Shown: one piece after another, positions 61,415 through 64,000 of the stretch | How the letters are laid out: every line of letters begins with the position of its first letter | Position numbering within the stretch: the first letter of the stretch is position 1 | Assembly (NCBI RefSeq): GCF_028368995.1 | Contig: NZ_JAQNDL010000001.1 | Location: forward strand, 1,120,001 to 1,184,000 | Origin: Nannocystis bainbridge | GTDB taxonomy: Bacteria > Myxococcota_A > Polyangia > Nannocystales > Nannocystaceae | Length of the DNA stretch: 64,000 nt | Reading direction: 5' to 3' | The notes under the pieces: model-generated | Database searches by the model: none | What the model was told of the DNA's origin: nothing | What the model saw: only the letters and a program-made list of their open reading frames with translations | Program-made: the position numbers and the translations under genes

Positions 61415-61728
61415 GAGCCAGCCTTAGCAGGCTTCGAGCGTCGCCTCAACCCGCCAGCGCTCGCTCTCGGGCGTCGTGCTCCTGGATCTCGCGCCGCTTC
61501 TGCGGGGCGGCGTCGCGCTCGGCCCCGACGTGATCACTCGGGCCGTCCGTCGAGGTCAAAGAACAGACCCGGTGGGACGGCGGGGCGATCGACGCGGCTC
61601 TCCTTTCGTCGGCAGGCGAGATCATATCGAACGGCCGGACCGCGGGGCGGTGGGCACAGCTTCGGGCCCTGCGGCGAGCGTGACCGCGGTACGACCGACC
61701 GCGGCTGAGCGGACGGAATTGCGAGACA

Positions 61729-61766
61729 GGGCGAGTGCGGGCGGAAGCCGGCACTCGCCCTTTTTT
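61729..61766 (+). terminator. Intrinsic terminator
   Basis: GGGCGAGTGC-N12-GCACTCGCCC-TTTTTT. Confidence 0.75.
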
Positions 61767-62361
61767 CGTCGCTATAGAGCGCATAGCGATCGTGCACACG
61801 GGCGAGCTCGGCCCGCTCGTCCGTCGTCAGCGGTCCTCCCGAGGCCGGGCTTTGTCCCGCGAGCTTGTTGAACGACCATGATACGAGCCGACCTGGTGCA
61901 GATCGGCGGCCGCATCGAGGATGGTCGGCAAGTTCGGCCGCCGACAGCGATCCATTGGTGTCGACGTCGGCCTGGGCGCGGAGGCGGCGGCGCTCGGGCG
62001 CCGATACGCGGCGACGCGGCGTGGACGCGGCGATAGTGGTAGGCGCTTCACTCCGAGCACCGCGGCGCGCGCACCCTAGTTCCTGGTCCTCGCTTCGGTC
62101 GTCGGCGACTGCACCGCCAACACCGCCACCTTGCCCTCGTCGACCGCCACGACGAGCAGCATGGGCACGACGGCGAGCCCAACCGGCACCCGTACTGTCC
62201 ATTCAGTCCTGACCACCTTCGGCTCCCGCCGTCACGCTCCCGTCACGCCACCCCGCGTATAGCCACTTTCGCAACGCAAGCATCGCATTGCAATCCCGGA
62301 AAACTCTGACAGATGGCCGGGCATGTCAAACACATGTCCAAAACGAACACGAGAACACGTC

Positions 62362-64000
62362 ATGAACTCCCGTATCATCCTCCCCACAGCCCTCCTCCTT
62401 GCCTTTCCTGCCTGTGACGATCCCGACGCCCTGCAAGCCGAGGAGGCCCTCGAGCTCGACAGCGAAGCGGACGAGGACGGGGCCGAAGCCGGCGTCGGCT
62501 CGACCGGCGGCTTCGACCTCGTCGCCGCCCTGCGGCCGCAGACGATCGTCGGCGGCGATCCGGCCAGCGAGGGCGAGTACCCCTTCATGGTCTCGGTCAA
62601 CCTCACCGGCGTCGGCCACTGGTGCGGCGGCAGCCTGGTCGCGCCGCACTGGGTCTTGACCGCCGCGCATTGCGTCGACGGCCGCGCCCCCGGCAGCATC
62701 ACCACCGTCATCGGCCGTACCGACCTCGCCAACACCGCCACCGGCGAGACCCGCAACGTCAGCCGGATCGTCGTCCACCCGCGCTACAACACCGAGGCCG
62801 GCGACTACGACCACGACCTCGCACTGCTCGAGCTGTCCTCCGCGTCGACGCGCACCCCGATCGAGCTGGCCGCGCCGCACAGCGGCAGCGATCGCGCCTG
62901 GTGGATGCCCAACGCCCTCGCCACAGTGATCGGCTGGGGCGCCCTGTCGGAGGGCGGCCCGGGCACCGACCACCTGCAGGAGGTCGAGGTGCCGGTCCTC
63001 ACCGACGCCTACGCCGCCCAGGCCAGCGTCTACGGCGCGCGCTACAACCCGGCCGTCCACGTTGCCGCCGGTCCAGTCGCCGGCGGCCTGGACTCGTGCC
63101 AGGGCGACAGCGGCGGCCCGCTCCTGACCTGGACCGCCACCGGCCTGCAGCAGTTCGGCGTCGTCAGCTGGGGCGACGGTTGTGCGCGCCCCGACAAACC
63201 CGGCATCTACACCAAGATCGGCGCCCAGCGGCTGCACCGGTGGCTGCGCAGCGTCATCCACGAGTCCCCCGTAGTAGGCGACGTCAACGGCGACGGCCGC
63301 GACGACATTATCACCTTCACCCACGGCGACTCGAGCACTGGCCCGCTCGATGTCTACGTCGCCCTCTCCAATGGCAGCAGCTTCGGCGTCGGCCAGGTGT
63401 GGCAGGGCTGGTGGGCCCACCGCGGCCACACCGCCGGCGTCGGCGACTTCGACGGCGACGGCCGCGACGACATCTGGGCCTTCAGCGAGAGTCAGGTGTG
63501 GGTCGCCCTCTCGCGCGGCTACGACTTCAACGGCGCCATCTACAACAGCAGCGTCGGCACCACCGACATGGACGACATCGGCCGCGTCGCCGACGTCAAC
63601 GGCGACGGCCGCGACGACGCTGTCCTGTTCGCCGCCGACGGCACCGGCGACGTCCACGTCATGCTCTCGACCGGCGCGAGCTTCGGCGCCAAGACCAAAT
63701 GGCACGAGTACTTCGCCCCCGAGGGCGAGACGCCGATGCTCGCCGACGTCAACGCCGACGGCCGCGCCGACCTCATCACCTTCACCCAGAGCTTTCTCGG
63801 CGCCCAGGTCATCGTCGCCCTCTCCAACGGCTCGAGCTTCGGCACCCCCGCCGTGTGGACCTCGTGGTTCGCCCCCGCCGGCGAGGTGCCCGCAGTCGGC
63901 CACTTCAACGCCGACGCGCTCGCCGACATCGCCACTTTCGACCGCAACTACAACGTCTACGTCGGCACCTCCAACGGCACCAACAACTTCGCCTCCGCCC
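62362..64000 (+). CDS. Trypsin-like (S1) serine protease lipoprotein with FG-GAP repeats, partial at right edge
   Basis: Hand translation: MNSRIILPTALLLAFPAC, IVGG, CGGSLV..LTAAHC, DLALL, DSCQGDSGGPL, then GDVNGDGRDDI repeats. Confidence 0.95.
   Translation, partial: MNSRIILPTALLLAFPACDDPDALQAEEALELDSEADEDGAEAGVGSTGGFDLVAALRPQTIVGGDPASEGEYPFMVSVNLTGVGHWCGGSLVAPHWVLTAAHCVDGRAPGSITTVIGRTDLANTATGETRNVSRIVVHPRYNTEAGDYDHDLALLELSSASTRTPIELAAPHSGSDRAWWMPNALATVIGWGALSEGGPGTDHLQEVEVPVLTDAYAAQASVYGARYNPAVHVAAGPVAGGLDSCQGDSGGPLLTWTATGLQQFGVVSWGDGCARPDKPGIYTKIGAQRLHRWLRSVIHESPVVGDVNGDGRDDIITFTHGDSSTGPLDVYVALSNGSSFGVGQVWQGWWAHRGHTAGVGDFDGDGRDDIWAFSESQVWVALSRGYDFNGAIYNSSVGTTDMDDIGRVADVNGDGRDDAVLFAADGTGDVHVMLSTGASFGAKTKWHEYFAPEGETPMLADVNADGRADLITFTQSFLGAQVIVALSNGSSFGTPAVWTSWFAPAGEVPAVGHFNADALADIATFDRNYNVYVGTSNGTNNFASA

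Noticed and set aside
62326-63903. 525-aa minus-strand ORF (likewise 54093..56126 and 57329..59854 on +)
   Set aside because: Antisense to clearly recognisable genes

Overview
GC-rich DNA that looks myxobacterial (Nannocystis-like), judged from ECF/Ser-Thr kinase pairs, Cys-rich lipoproteins and FG-GAP proteins. Bases 1 to about 51,050 read as a mosaic accessory island. It carries: (i) a minus-strand cluster of two Crp/Fnr regulators, a 1276-aa lipoprotein whose C-terminal half resembles a Tc-toxin A subunit, and a signal-peptide-bearing SpvB/TcB-type FG-GAP protein running off the left edge; (ii) a ~1875-aa nitrilase-NACHT-pentapeptide-WD40 NLR-like protein; (iii) two HEPN-type and one Abi-alpha-like candidate defence genes; (iv) a Druantia type III-like pair; (v) an intact IS5 plus IS3, IS66 and IS21 remnants and many gene scraps; (vi) a LysM-MepA endopeptidase, an ECF/STK-WD40 pair and a di-heme cytochrome c lipoprotein. 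The island seems to end inside a 5'-truncated GH44 gene. To the right lie an ECF/STK-TPR/GH25 lysozyme/beta-rich protein operon, a greA fragment and a trypsin-FG-GAP lipoprotein running off the right edge. No rRNA, tRNA or CRISPR array was seen. All family calls come from reading motifs by eye, not from database searches.
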